Shown here one piece after another: positions 17,030-25,484 of a stretch of DNA of 32,000 nt. Every line of letters begins with the position of its first letter. The first letter of the stretch is position 1. A model generated the notes under the pieces. That model was not told the origin of the DNA and ran no database searches. It saw only the letters and a list, made by a program, of their open reading frames with translations. Location: assembly GCF_000195755.1 (NCBI RefSeq), contig NC_002937.3, positions 150,001 to 182,000 of the forward strand, read 5' to 3'. The stretch is from Nitratidesulfovibrio vulgaris str. Hildenborough (GTDB lineage Bacteria; Desulfobacterota; Desulfovibrionia; Desulfovibrionales; Desulfovibrionaceae). A program made the translations under genes and the position numbers.

Positions 17030-17704
17030 TCAGCGCACTGCCGTGGCGACAAGGGACAGAAGGTCACCCGGAGCCTCGAGAAGCAGGTGCGCCCCGGCGG
17101 CCTTCAATTCCTCCGTACCTCTGAAACCCCACGGACAACCCACCGCGACCATGCCCGCCGCAAGCGCGGTACGCATATCCACGTTGCTGTCGCCTACGAA
17201 GGCTACCTCGGAAGGCGCGATGCCCCACGCCGATGCCATGCGCAGTGCCGCTTCAGGGTGCGGTTTGCGGGGTACGTCGTCCTTCGCCCCGGCGACCATG
17301 CCGAAGCGTGAAGGGCCGAAATAGTGTTCGACCATCTCCACGGTGAAGGGGTGGGGCTTGTTGGAGAGGACTGCCATGGGGATGCCCCTGATGCCGAGGG
17401 CTTCAAGCATGGGCATGATGCCCGGATAGGGCGCTGTGAACACGTCCCACGCGGTCCTGTATGCCACGCCCATGCGTTCCACCCCCCGGCGCACAGCCTC
17501 TTCGGGGCTGCCGGGAGGCAGGGCGCGGCGTAGCAGAGTCTCCATCCCATCACCCACGAAGTGCCTGTAGGCGTCGACAGGATGTGCGGGATGTCCGCCC
17601 GCCATGAGTGCGGCGTTGCCAGCCTCGGCAAGGTCTCGCAAGGTATCCAGCAAGGTTCCATCAAGGTCGAAGATGCAGGCGCGGATGTTCATGCCCGCCT
17701 TCAT
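17030..17704 (-). CDS. HAD-superfamily hydrolase, phosphoglycolate phosphatase-like
   Basis: Motif I FDLDGTLLDT, motif II LSNK, motif III/IV VGDSNVDMRTALAAG. Alternative start at the second Met (17692). Confidence 0.8.
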   Translation of the reverse strand: MKAGMNIRACIFDLDGTLLDTLRDLAEAGNAALMAGGHPAHPVDAYRHFVGDGMETLLRRALPPGSPEEAVRRGVERMGVAYRTAWDVFTAPYPGIMPMLEALGIRGIPMAVLSNKPHPFTVEMVEHYFGPSRFGMVAGAKDDVPRKPHPEAALRMASAWGIAPSEVAFVGDSNVDMRTALAAGMVAVGCPWGFRGTEELKAAGAHLLLEAPGDLLSLVATAVR

Positions 17705-18004
17705 ACTGCATGCCGCCCTGCCCTGTACAGATTCAAGGGGCGCGGCAAGGCGCGTCGCAACGTCTCGTCGTGGCGCAGGATATCTTTATAGCTGTAAAAA
17801 AAGCTGACACCGGGTATCGTGGGCGTTGATGGTGTGCTGTGTGTGACTTTATCATTATATTCTGGTGTGTTGCTGTTAAGACGTTAGATTGCGGGCTACA
17901 TCTGGCAAGAATGCTGACGGTGGATGCCCGGAAGGAGGTCGCAGACTTATAAAAATCTTTTACTACAGTTGGTTATGAATAAAACCATGCCTGTGGGTAC
18001 GGTA

Positions 18005-18020
18005 TGGCACACCCGTTGCT
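18005..18020 (+). promoter_or_regulatory. sigma-54 -24/-12 promoter (TGGCAC-ACCCG-TTGCT)
   Basis: Exact match to TGGCAC-N5-TTGCW, about 93 nt upstream of ATG 18112. It is preceded by the most AT-rich stretch of the window (about 17780-17990). Confidence 0.8.
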
Positions 18021-18111
18021 TTTGTGAACGCGTGTCTCCGCCGCAGGGCTGCGGCAGGGGGTGCGACACTAGGTTCCGAAACTGCGTGCAGATTTACGGA
18101 GGAGTCACGTA

Positions 18112-19359
18112 ATGGGTTTCGCAAGAGACGTATATGAATTCATGAAGGCAGGAGCCGTGGCCCACGCCAAGTGGGATATCGAGGTCTCCACGTCCATCAT
18201 CCGCAACCGCAAGAAGATGCTCATCCTGCTTGCGATGCTGGTGCCCGTGTTCCTGTTCAACTTCGCCGAAGCGGGTGCGGTGCTTGGCAGCAAGACCGCC
18301 TACGCCCCGGCCTTCTACACGACGAAGATCTTCTTCGTCTCCATCGCAGTGGGTCTTGCGGCGGGCCTCATCACCGGCTGTATCGGTGCGGGGGGTGGCT
18401 TCATCATCACCCCGGCACTCATGGCCGCGGGGGTCAAGGGCATTCTCGCCGTCGGTACCGACCTCTTCCACATCTTCGCCAAGGCCATCATGGGCACCAC
18501 GGTGCACAAGAAGCTGGGTAACGTGTCGGTGAAGCTGGCGGTGTTCTTCCTCATCGGTTCCGGTGGCGGTACGTTCATAGGCGGCGCCATCAACAAGGGC
18601 CTGTACAACAAGGACCCGCTGCTCTCCGAACTGTTCATCAGCACCATCTACGCGGTGCTTCTGGGCTTCCTCGGCTTCTACGCGCTGTATGACTTCATCA
18701 AGGCCAGCCGTGCAGGCGGCGGCGGTGACGCCCACGGCGGCGGTTCCGGCACCACGGCCATCTCCGTGAAGCTGCAGGGCATGAACGTGCCCCCCATGAT
18801 CACCTTCGACGAAGACCTCGTGCCCGGCGGCCGTCGCATCTCCGGCTGGATCGTTGCCGCAGGCGGCGTCGTGGTGGGTATCCTCGCGGCCATCATGGGC
18901 GTCGGCGGCGGCTTCGTCACCTTCCCCATGTTCGTGTACATCTTCGGCGTGTCCTCCATGACCACCGTGGGTACCGACATCCTTCAGATCATCTTCACCG
19001 CCGGTCTCGGCGCCATCGCCCAGTACGCCATCTACGGCTTCGTGTTCTACACGCTGGCCATGGGCATGCTGCTCGGTTCGCTGCTCGGCATCCAGATCGG
19101 TGCGCTGACCACCAAGGTGGTCAAGGGCATCCATATCCGCGGCTTCTACGCCGTCTCCATCATCGCGGGCTTCATCAACCGTGCCGCCACGCTGCCCAAG
19201 AAGCTGGTGGAACTGGAGATGGTGTCGCTGCCCAAGGCGTTCGTCACCAACGTCGAGTTCTTCGGCAACATCATCTTCTGGGTGGTGGTCGCCGTGTTCG
19301 GCGTGTGGGTCTTCGGTAAGTTCTTCGCCAACATAGGCAAGCTGAGAGCGGAGGCGTAA
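18112..19359 (+). CDS. TauE/SafE (DUF81) family anion exporter-like membrane protein
   Basis: Two internal repeats carry the family pattern (GCIGAGGGFIITPALMAAGV...AVGTDL and IMGVGGGFVTFPMFVYIFGV...TVGTDI). GGAGGAG lies 7 nt upstream of the ATG. Confidence 0.75.
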   Translation: MGFARDVYEFMKAGAVAHAKWDIEVSTSIIRNRKKMLILLAMLVPVFLFNFAEAGAVLGSKTAYAPAFYTTKIFFVSIAVGLAAGLITGCIGAGGGFIITPALMAAGVKGILAVGTDLFHIFAKAIMGTTVHKKLGNVSVKLAVFFLIGSGGGTFIGGAINKGLYNKDPLLSELFISTIYAVLLGFLGFYALYDFIKASRAGGGGDAHGGGSGTTAISVKLQGMNVPPMITFDEDLVPGGRRISGWIVAAGGVVVGILAAIMGVGGGFVTFPMFVYIFGVSSMTTVGTDILQIIFTAGLGAIAQYAIYGFVFYTLAMGMLLGSLLGIQIGALTTKVVKGIHIRGFYAVSIIAGFINRAATLPKKLVELEMVSLPKAFVTNVEFFGNIIFWVVVAVFGVWVFGKFFANIGKLRAEA

Positions 19360-19360
19360 G

Positions 19361-20083
19361 ATGATCAACAACAAGTCGAGCTTCATGAAGGGATTGCTGC
19401 TTCTGGTCTCCTTCGCCGCAGTCTTCGTAGTCATCATGACGCCGGTCTTCCCGACCGACTCGGGCAAGAAGGAAAACGGTCTGCACTATGCGGACGACCT
19501 GTTCAACAAGCTGTCGAAGGGTTCCTCGTACTTCATCCCCGAAGTGCAGAAGAAGGTCGACGGTCTCGCTGGCAAGCAGATTGACCTTGCTGTGACGGTG
19601 AAGAAGGCCGACAAGGCCGCCGATGCCGCGAAGGTGTTCACCGCCGCTGGCATGACGGCCACGGCTGAAGGTGAAATCCTGAAGGTGAAGGGCGACCTCG
19701 GTGCGCTGCTGAGCGCCACCGTGAAGGACGCCGACTCCATGTACCATAACGATGCGGCTGCTGTTTCCGCCCGTTACGGCATGGAAGCCGCCGATGCCAT
19801 GGAAGCCTCGTGGGAAGCCTACGCCGGCATGATCAAGGCCCTGCAGAAGGCCAAGCTCATCCCCGAATCGCAGGCTGTGGACATGGTGATGAAGAAGGCC
19901 ATCGAACCCGGTTACAACTTCTACGGCATCAATGCCGCGAAGGTGACCGACAAGATGGGCATCATGACCGGTCTGCTCGTCTTCTACGTCATCTACACCA
20001 TGTGGTACGGCTTCGCCATCTTCGAACTGTTCGAGGGCATCGGCCTGACCATGAAGAAGTCCAAGGTGAAGCAGGAAGCCTAG
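19361..20083 (+). CDS. uncharacterised membrane protein (N-terminal TM, Ala/Lys-rich helical domain, C-terminal hydrophobic segment)
   Basis: The ATG lies 1 nt after the upstream TAA, with GGAGG 8 nt upstream. Codon bias matches the genome. I recognise no family. Confidence 0.7.
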   Translation: MINNKSSFMKGLLLLVSFAAVFVVIMTPVFPTDSGKKENGLHYADDLFNKLSKGSSYFIPEVQKKVDGLAGKQIDLAVTVKKADKAADAAKVFTAAGMTATAEGEILKVKGDLGALLSATVKDADSMYHNDAAAVSARYGMEAADAMEASWEAYAGMIKALQKAKLIPESQAVDMVMKKAIEPGYNFYGINAAKVTDKMGIMTGLLVFYVIYTMWYGFAIFELFEGIGLTMKKSKVKQEA

Positions 20084-20108
20084 CCCCCTGCGGACGAAGG
20101 ATTCTCTG

Positions 20109-20141
20109 GGCCCCCCGGTACGCCGGGGGGCCTTTTCGTTT
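20109..20141 (+). terminator. rho-independent terminator
   Basis: GGCCCCCCGG (20109-20118), loop TACG, CCGGGGGGCC (20123-20132), then TTTTCGTTT. It begins 26 nt after the stop of the 19361..20083 gene. Confidence 0.85.
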
Positions 20142-20443
20142 GTGCTGTGCGGCATGGGGCGAAGCCGCCGTGGCTTGAGCGCGGGTTGTGGCGCGTATGA
20201 ATGCCAACGTGCTCATGGCTGGTTCAGCCGGGGCAGTCCTTCCGAGGGCACTGCGGGCGCAAGCTGGCGTGGACCATCAGGGCTGGTCACGTCTACGCCG
20301 GTTGCCGGGTGAGGAAGGGAGACTGGAGGCCATGCGCGGACGGGCGTCACCGGGGTCTGCCCCTGTCGTGGCGGCCCCACTGGATGAGCGCGGTCGCGCT
20401 GGCTGTGCCGGGTACGCCGTCATGAGACGCACGGCTACGGGTG

Positions 20444-21481
20444 TCACGAGGCGAGGAGGTAGTCTTGTCCGGGCAGGTAGCCTGCGCCGTGCAGGAACAG
20501 TTCAAGCTCTTCGGCAGCGCCGTGTCCTGCCAGAAACGCCAGCATGAATCCCTGCCCGGGGGCTGGCATGGCCTCGCGTCCCACGACGGGAAGCCCCTCG
20601 ACGATATTGCCTATCTTGTGCGGGTCGATGTCGACCCACGCCCGGATGCGGATGCCGTGTTCGCACAGCGGGCGGGCGCGGCGGCGGCTGGCCTTGCCCG
20701 CGCCGATGACCCAGACGTCGGGATGCTGCGGGTTGTGTGCGCACAACCAGCGCGCGAGGTACCGTGTGCGGAGGGCCACGAAGCCCGCTTCGGCGTAGTT
20801 GTCGTGCGTGCGAGTGAGGCGTCCCGGCGGGTCGTTCCAGACCAGCAGGTGTTCGGGCAGCTTTTCCATGCGCACACCGGCCTCGAGCCAGCGCAGCCAG
20901 AGTTCGTAGTCCTCCGGGAAGGGGCCGTTGGCGTAAGGGCCGAAGCGGTCGATGAGTTCTCGCCGGAACATGACCGAAGGATGCACGAGAGGCGATTCGC
21001 GAAAACGTCCGAGCGCGATGTCCTCATGGCAGAGAAGCGAGTTCGTCCAGTCCACATACCGCACGAAGCCGCCGCACTGGGCGGCGTCGCCGCCGAAGGT
21101 CACGCGACTGGCCACAAGGCCTAGGTGCGGCGCGTTGTCGAGGGCGTGGCATTGCAGGGCGAGTCGTTCGGGGTGGCAGGTGTCGTCGGCGTCCATGCGG
21201 GCCACATGGCGTCCCCGCACGTGGAGGAGGCCGTGGTTGAGGGCATGGACGATGCCCCCGTGTTCCACATGCAGGGGCCTTATGCGGGCGTCGCGGGCGG
21301 CGTAGGCCGCGAGAAGGGCCGGAGTCTCATCCTGCGACCCGTCGTCCACCACGACGGCCTCCCAGTCTTGGAACGTCTGTGACAGGAGTCCGTCGAGCGC
21401 GGCGGGCAGGTGTCGCACCGCGTTCCACGCCGGGATGAGGACGGAGACGGCGGGCGTGACGGAAGGGGAACGGTGGCTCAC
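20444..21481 (-). CDS. family 2 glycosyltransferase with a C-terminal Rossmann-like extension
   Basis: VSVLIPAWNAVRHL, VVVDDGSQDET and MDADD make a GT2 signature. The C-terminal ~100 aa contain VWVIGAGKASRR. I prefer the GTG start at 21481 (GGAG 8 nt upstream), because the longer track ORF would overlap the upstream gene by 88 nt. Confidence 0.75.
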   Translation of the reverse strand: MSHRSPSVTPAVSVLIPAWNAVRHLPAALDGLLSQTFQDWEAVVVDDGSQDETPALLAAYAARDARIRPLHVEHGGIVHALNHGLLHVRGRHVARMDADDTCHPERLALQCHALDNAPHLGLVASRVTFGGDAAQCGGFVRYVDWTNSLLCHEDIALGRFRESPLVHPSVMFRRELIDRFGPYANGPFPEDYELWLRWLEAGVRMEKLPEHLLVWNDPPGRLTRTHDNYAEAGFVALRTRYLARWLCAHNPQHPDVWVIGAGKASRRRARPLCEHGIRIRAWVDIDPHKIGNIVEGLPVVGREAMPAPGQGFMLAFLAGHGAAEELELFLHGAGYLPGQDYLLAS

Positions 21482-21561
21482 GGGTGATTCTCCGGCAGGC
21501 CATCTGGCAGTCTGGCCTTGAAAAAGCCGCCTGCCCGGTACGGGGAGGCGGCCTGGGCTGG

Positions 21562-22473
21562 TCAGTCCTTGGGGTTGGCCACGGCGTCGCGGATGCGGCA
21601 GACACCGCAGGTGCTTCCCGACGAGGTGGGGTACCCGCACGTCTCGCACGGGGCGAGCGTCATGCCCGTGGTGGCTTCCACATGGGCGAAGGCGGGGCGT
21701 CCGCGTTCGAGGAAGCCCTGATAGAAGTCGAGCTTGCGGCCCGGCATGGTCTCTTCAAGCTGCTGCCACAGGGTCTTGTAGAAGGTGAAACTGGCCCCCT
21801 TGCTGTAGGGGCAGGGCGCATAGTGATGCTCGATGCCCATGAGGAAGGCGTAGTTGGCCGTTTCGAACTCGGTGAGACGCCACAGGGGTTTGACCTTGCG
21901 GGTGAAGCCGTCCTCGCTGTCGAGACCGGGACCCTGGTCGCTGAGGTAGGCGGCGTCCCAGCGCAGGGTGTTGCTGAACAGCCGTGCAACCTCGTCGTCG
22001 AGGTTGTGGCCGGTGGCGAGCACCGTGAAACCCTCGTCGATGGCCGTCTTGTTGAAATAGTAGCGTTTGATCTTGCCGCAGGCCGAACAGATGGGACGGG
22101 TGAGGCGTTCCTTCACGGCAGGGATGGCGAGACCTTCGTTGGCCATCTCCTTGACGATGAGCGGCAGCCCGTGCAGGGCGCAGAATCGTTCGACGACCCC
22201 TCGTGCGGCGGGTGAAGAGACGGGAATGGCAAGGTCGATGTGCAGGCCTGTCACGTTGTAGCCTTGCCGCGACAGTTCCAGCATCAGGGCCAGCGAGTCC
22301 TTGCCGCCGGAAAGGGCGACGAGGATGCGGTCGTCGTGGGTGAACAGCTTCTGTTCGTGGATGCCCCTCTCGACCTGACGCGAGAAGAACAGCTTGAAGC
22401 AGTCGGGGCAGAATCCTGTGTTGTGGCTAGGGAGCGAGACGACGGCAGTCGCCTTGCAGCGCTTGCATTTCAT
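21562..22473 (-). CDS. TtuA/TtcA-type PP-loop ATP pyrophosphatase (tRNA sulfurtransferase-like)
   Basis: Track ORF trimmed to MKCKRCK. N-terminal CxxC...CxxC zinc finger, PP-loop SGGKDS, cluster-type cysteines CSACGK and PCPY, C-terminal CETCG...CGVC zinc ribbon. The track extension to 22950 is Arg/Pro/His-rich junk overlapping the next gene. Confidence 0.85.
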   Translation of the reverse strand: MKCKRCKATAVVSLPSHNTGFCPDCFKLFFSRQVERGIHEQKLFTHDDRILVALSGGKDSLALMLELSRQGYNVTGLHIDLAIPVSSPAARGVVERFCALHGLPLIVKEMANEGLAIPAVKERLTRPICSACGKIKRYYFNKTAIDEGFTVLATGHNLDDEVARLFSNTLRWDAAYLSDQGPGLDSEDGFTRKVKPLWRLTEFETANYAFLMGIEHHYAPCPYSKGASFTFYKTLWQQLEETMPGRKLDFYQGFLERGRPAFAHVEATTGMTLAPCETCGYPTSSGSTCGVCRIRDAVANPKD

Positions 22474-22637
22474 GGTGTTTTCCGTGGGTTCGTGTGCTGG
22501 CGGCATCCTTCCGGCGGACGCCGTGCCTGTGTCGGGCCGCAACGCAAGGCGTGCGGGGTGCGTCGTCTGCCATGCCGTAACACAGAAGCGCTGGCGTGAC
22601 GCCACGCGCGCAGTGGTGGACATGGAGTGCGACGGGC

Positions 22638-22856
22638 CTAGCCGCTGGAGGTGACCTTGCGGACGAGCAGTTCGTCGTTGGGCAGCACTTCGCGGTCCGG
22701 GGTGAGCAGTTCGCCATTGCGGGCCACAAGCGCTGTGCCGGGGCGGATTTCGAGCTTCTTGAGAAGCTGGAGTACCGTCTTGACGCGGGGCATGGTGACC
22801 ACCTGCTCTTCGGGCTGGATGCGGACCGTGATGGTGGGAGGTGTGTACTCCGTCAT
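22638..22856 (-). CDS. ThiS/MoaD/TtuB-like ubiquitin-fold sulfur-carrier protein ending in -SSG
   Basis: 72 aa. The pattern V.V...V..LL..L.I.P.T.LV.RNGELLT.D..V...D.L.V matches ThiS/TtuB-type carriers. It lies directly upstream of the TtuA-like gene. Confidence 0.7.
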   Translation of the reverse strand: MTEYTPPTITVRIQPEEQVVTMPRVKTVLQLLKKLEIRPGTALVARNGELLTPDREVLPNDELLVRKVTSSG

Positions 22857-23085
22857 GGGACTTCCGGGTTGAGGTTACCGGTGAAGCCGCATTCGCGCGC
22901 GGCTGCACCTCATGGCGAGCGGAGATTACCTGTTTCATGGCGGATGGCAACCGCCGCCTGCACGCCCGCGGCGATGATTAATCGCCTTTTACCGTTGTTC
23001 TCGCGGTGCAAGGCGTGGTATGTTGAGGGCATCATCTCCGCAACTCCTCGGGTGCGTTCCCGCTACATGACAGGAGGTTTCCGGC

Positions 23086-23466
23086 ATGGCTGACAAGAAG
23101 ATTCTCGTCGTCGACGACGAAGTGCACATCAGGATGCTGTATCAGGAAGAACTGGAGACCGAAGGCTACACCGTGGCGCTCAGCGACGGACGCGAGCCCA
23201 TTCTCGACGTGATCGACCGCGAGAAGCCTCTGGCGGTGGTGCTGGACATCAAGCTGGGCACAGACCTTTCGGGACTCGACCTGCTGCAGCAGATACGCAC
23301 CCGCGAAAAGACCCTGCCCGTGATTCTGAGTACGGCGTACGACAGTTTCCAGCACGACCTCAAATCCATCGCCGCAGACTTCTATGTGGTGAAATCCGTC
23401 GACCTCTCCGAACTCAAGACCAAGGTGGCGCTTGCCGTGGAAAGGGCGAAGGCGTTCGTCGCCTGA
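23086..23466 (+). CDS. single-domain response regulator (CheY-like receiver)
   Basis: ILVVDDE, VVLDIKLG and YVVKS receiver motifs. 126 aa with no output domain. AGGAGG lies 8 nt upstream of the ATG. Confidence 0.9.
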   Translation: MADKKILVVDDEVHIRMLYQEELETEGYTVALSDGREPILDVIDREKPLAVVLDIKLGTDLSGLDLLQQIRTREKTLPVILSTAYDSFQHDLKSIAADFYVVKSVDLSELKTKVALAVERAKAFVA

Positions 23467-23534
23467 CGCGCGTCGCCTCCCTGTACATCGCGCTGGTACG
23501 GCACGCATGGTGCGTATCGTCTCCTTCCGGGCTC

Positions 23535-23574
23535 GTTCGCCCCGTCTGTTGCCACGAGGGAACACGGGGCGAAC
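23535..23574 (+). terminator. 11-bp stem-loop downstream of the receiver gene; possible weak terminator
   Basis: GTTCGCCCCGT (23535-23545), 18-nt loop, ACGGGGCGAAC (23564-23574), followed by TCGTTGCT (a poor U tract). Confidence 0.35.
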
Positions 23575-23733
23575 TCGTTGCTGGCGTGGTACAGGCACGG
23601 TCCTGCCGCCCTTCGGGTGGCGCATAGCTGTCCCGGTGGGAAAGCGGCGCCGGGGGGTGGCGACATCCGAAAGCCTTTGTCGTTGCGCGTTCAATGGTAC
23701 GCTGTTTGCTCTCTCTTGTGCGGAGCATCATGT

Positions 23734-23753
23734 CTTGCGCGATATCGCGCAAG
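23734..23753. promoter_or_regulatory. perfect 20-bp palindrome CTTGCGCGATATCGCGCAAG; candidate operator or leader hairpin
   Basis: The sequence is self-complementary over all 20 nt. It ends 18 nt upstream of the preferred kinase ATG (23772). Confidence 0.5.
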
Positions 23754-23771
23754 CGAGCCGCAGGGGTAGCC

Positions 23772-25484
23772 ATGCACGCCGAAACAGCAGGCGCACCGCG
23801 CCATCGCCGCACAGCCGTCAACCGTACCATCTACGCCGCCATTCTCGTGGCGTCGGTGATGCCCATCGCCATCATCCTCGGCGTCATGCAAGTGCACCTC
23901 GAGTCGACGTACAGTGCCATCGTCAGGCGTGGTTTGCGCGAAATAGCAGACCGGCACAGCCAGAAGGTCGATGACTTCCTGCACGAAAGACTCGCCAGTG
24001 TGCAGACGCTGGCCATGTCGCAAGGCGCGTTGCTCCTCGACCCCGCGCAGCTTGCCAGCCACCTTGAGACCTTGCAGCGCGTGCACAAGGGCGTCTACGT
24101 GGACATGGGACTGGTGGATGCGAAAGGCATCCAGCAGGTGTACGCGGGGCCACTCGACCTGCGCATGGCCGACTACAGCGGCAAGGAGTGGTTCCGTGAG
24201 GCCGTGTTGCGTGATTCGTTCATCAGTGACGTGTTCATGGGCATCCGGCAGGCACCGCACTTCATCGTCACCACCAAGGTCGTGCTGAACGGCCAGCCGT
24301 GGATACTGCGCTCGACCATAGACTTCGCCAGCTTCGTGAGTCTTGTCGAGGATATCCGGGTCGGGGCCACGGGCGTTGCGTGCATCATCAACCGTCAGGG
24401 CGAATTCCAGACGGCGGGCAACCGCCATCCCCTGCCGGAGGGCACGGCACTGGCGGCACAGGCCCGAAGGCTGTTCGGTCCCGGCTTCACGGCCCGTCCG
24501 ACAGAACGTGTCTTCGAGGACGGCGGCAACCTCTACGCCATGTCGTTGCTGAAACATGGCGACTGGGTGCTGGTGGTGCAGGAACAGCGTGAGGAGGCCC
24601 TTGCCGCCCTCGCCGACGCCAAGCAGACGCTCTTCGCCGTGCTGGTGCTGGTGAGCATTGGTGTCATCGTGGGCGGGGTGCTGCTGGCGTGGCGCATCAT
24701 GGACCGCCTCGACGAGATGGAAAGGGAGATGGCAGCGCTGAACGCACAGGTCGTGGAGGCGGGCAAGCTGGGCGCCCTCGGCGAGATGGCGGCTGGCATC
24801 GCCCACGAAATCAACAATCCCGTGGCCATCATGATGGAAGAGGCGGGCTGGATAGAGGATATCCTTGCCGACCTTGGCGAGGGCAACCCGGCTGCGCCGG
24901 AAATCGCGCGCAGTGCGGCACAGATACGCAGTCAGGGCAAGCGCTGCCGCGACATCACCCACAAACTGCTCAGTTTCGCCCGCAAGTCGGACCGCGACCT
25001 GCAACGGCTCGACCTCAACCATCTCATCCGTGAGCTTGTGGGGCTGTGCGACCAGCGTGCCGCCTCCGCCGGGGTGACGGTGTCGCTGGCGCTGGTGGAC
25101 CAACTGCCGGCGGTGTTGGCGTCACCTTCCGAGATGCAGCAGGTGTTCCTCAACCTGTTCAACAATGCCTTCGACGCCATGGAAGGCAGCGGGGGGGCGT
25201 TGCGGGTGACATCGGGCGTGGCGGCGGGCAATATGGTGTTCGTCACCGTGGCGGATACCGGGCCGGGCATCCCCGAGGCCATCCTGCAGCGCATCTACGA
25301 CCCCTTCTTCACGACGAAGCCCGTGGGCAAGGGCACCGGACTCGGCCTCTCCATCTGCTACGGTATCGTCAAGAAGCTGGGGGGCGAGTTGCGGGTGAAC
25401 AGCCTTACGGGTGTGGGCACGTCGTTTCAGGTGCTTCTGCCCAGGGCGGGAGAGGGCGTACAGGCCGTTGAACGCCATGATTGA
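23772..25484 (+). CDS. sensor histidine kinase with a Cache-like extracytoplasmic domain
   Basis: TM segment, ~270-aa periplasmic region, second TM, H-box AAGIAHEINNPVA, N box FLNLFNNAFDAM, G boxes DTGPGI and GTGLGL. Start uncertain: in-frame ATGs at 23694, 23730 and 23772. I prefer 23772 because it leaves the palindrome untranslated. Confidence 0.85.
   Translation: MHAETAGAPRHRRTAVNRTIYAAILVASVMPIAIILGVMQVHLESTYSAIVRRGLREIADRHSQKVDDFLHERLASVQTLAMSQGALLLDPAQLASHLETLQRVHKGVYVDMGLVDAKGIQQVYAGPLDLRMADYSGKEWFREAVLRDSFISDVFMGIRQAPHFIVTTKVVLNGQPWILRSTIDFASFVSLVEDIRVGATGVACIINRQGEFQTAGNRHPLPEGTALAAQARRLFGPGFTARPTERVFEDGGNLYAMSLLKHGDWVLVVQEQREEALAALADAKQTLFAVLVLVSIGVIVGGVLLAWRIMDRLDEMEREMAALNAQVVEAGKLGALGEMAAGIAHEINNPVAIMMEEAGWIEDILADLGEGNPAAPEIARSAAQIRSQGKRCRDITHKLLSFARKSDRDLQRLDLNHLIRELVGLCDQRAASAGVTVSLALVDQLPAVLASPSEMQQVFLNLFNNAFDAMEGSGGALRVTSGVAAGNMVFVTVADTGPGIPEAILQRIYDPFFTTKPVGKGTGLGLSICYGIVKKLGGELRVNSLTGVGTSFQVLLPRAGEGVQAVERHD

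Noticed and set aside
17924-18112. 62-aa plus-strand ORF covering the sigma-54 promoter and leader of the TauE-like operon.
   Set aside because: It would have to be transcribed from upstream of the promoter it overlaps. It has no RBS, and codon usage in the AT-rich part is atypical.
18094-19467. 457-aa minus-strand ORF opposite the TauE-like gene.
   Set aside because: Its Asp/Glu/His/Gly-rich product is what the antisense of a hydrophobic membrane-protein gene looks like. The plus-strand frame has an RBS, family repeats and a promoter/terminator pair.
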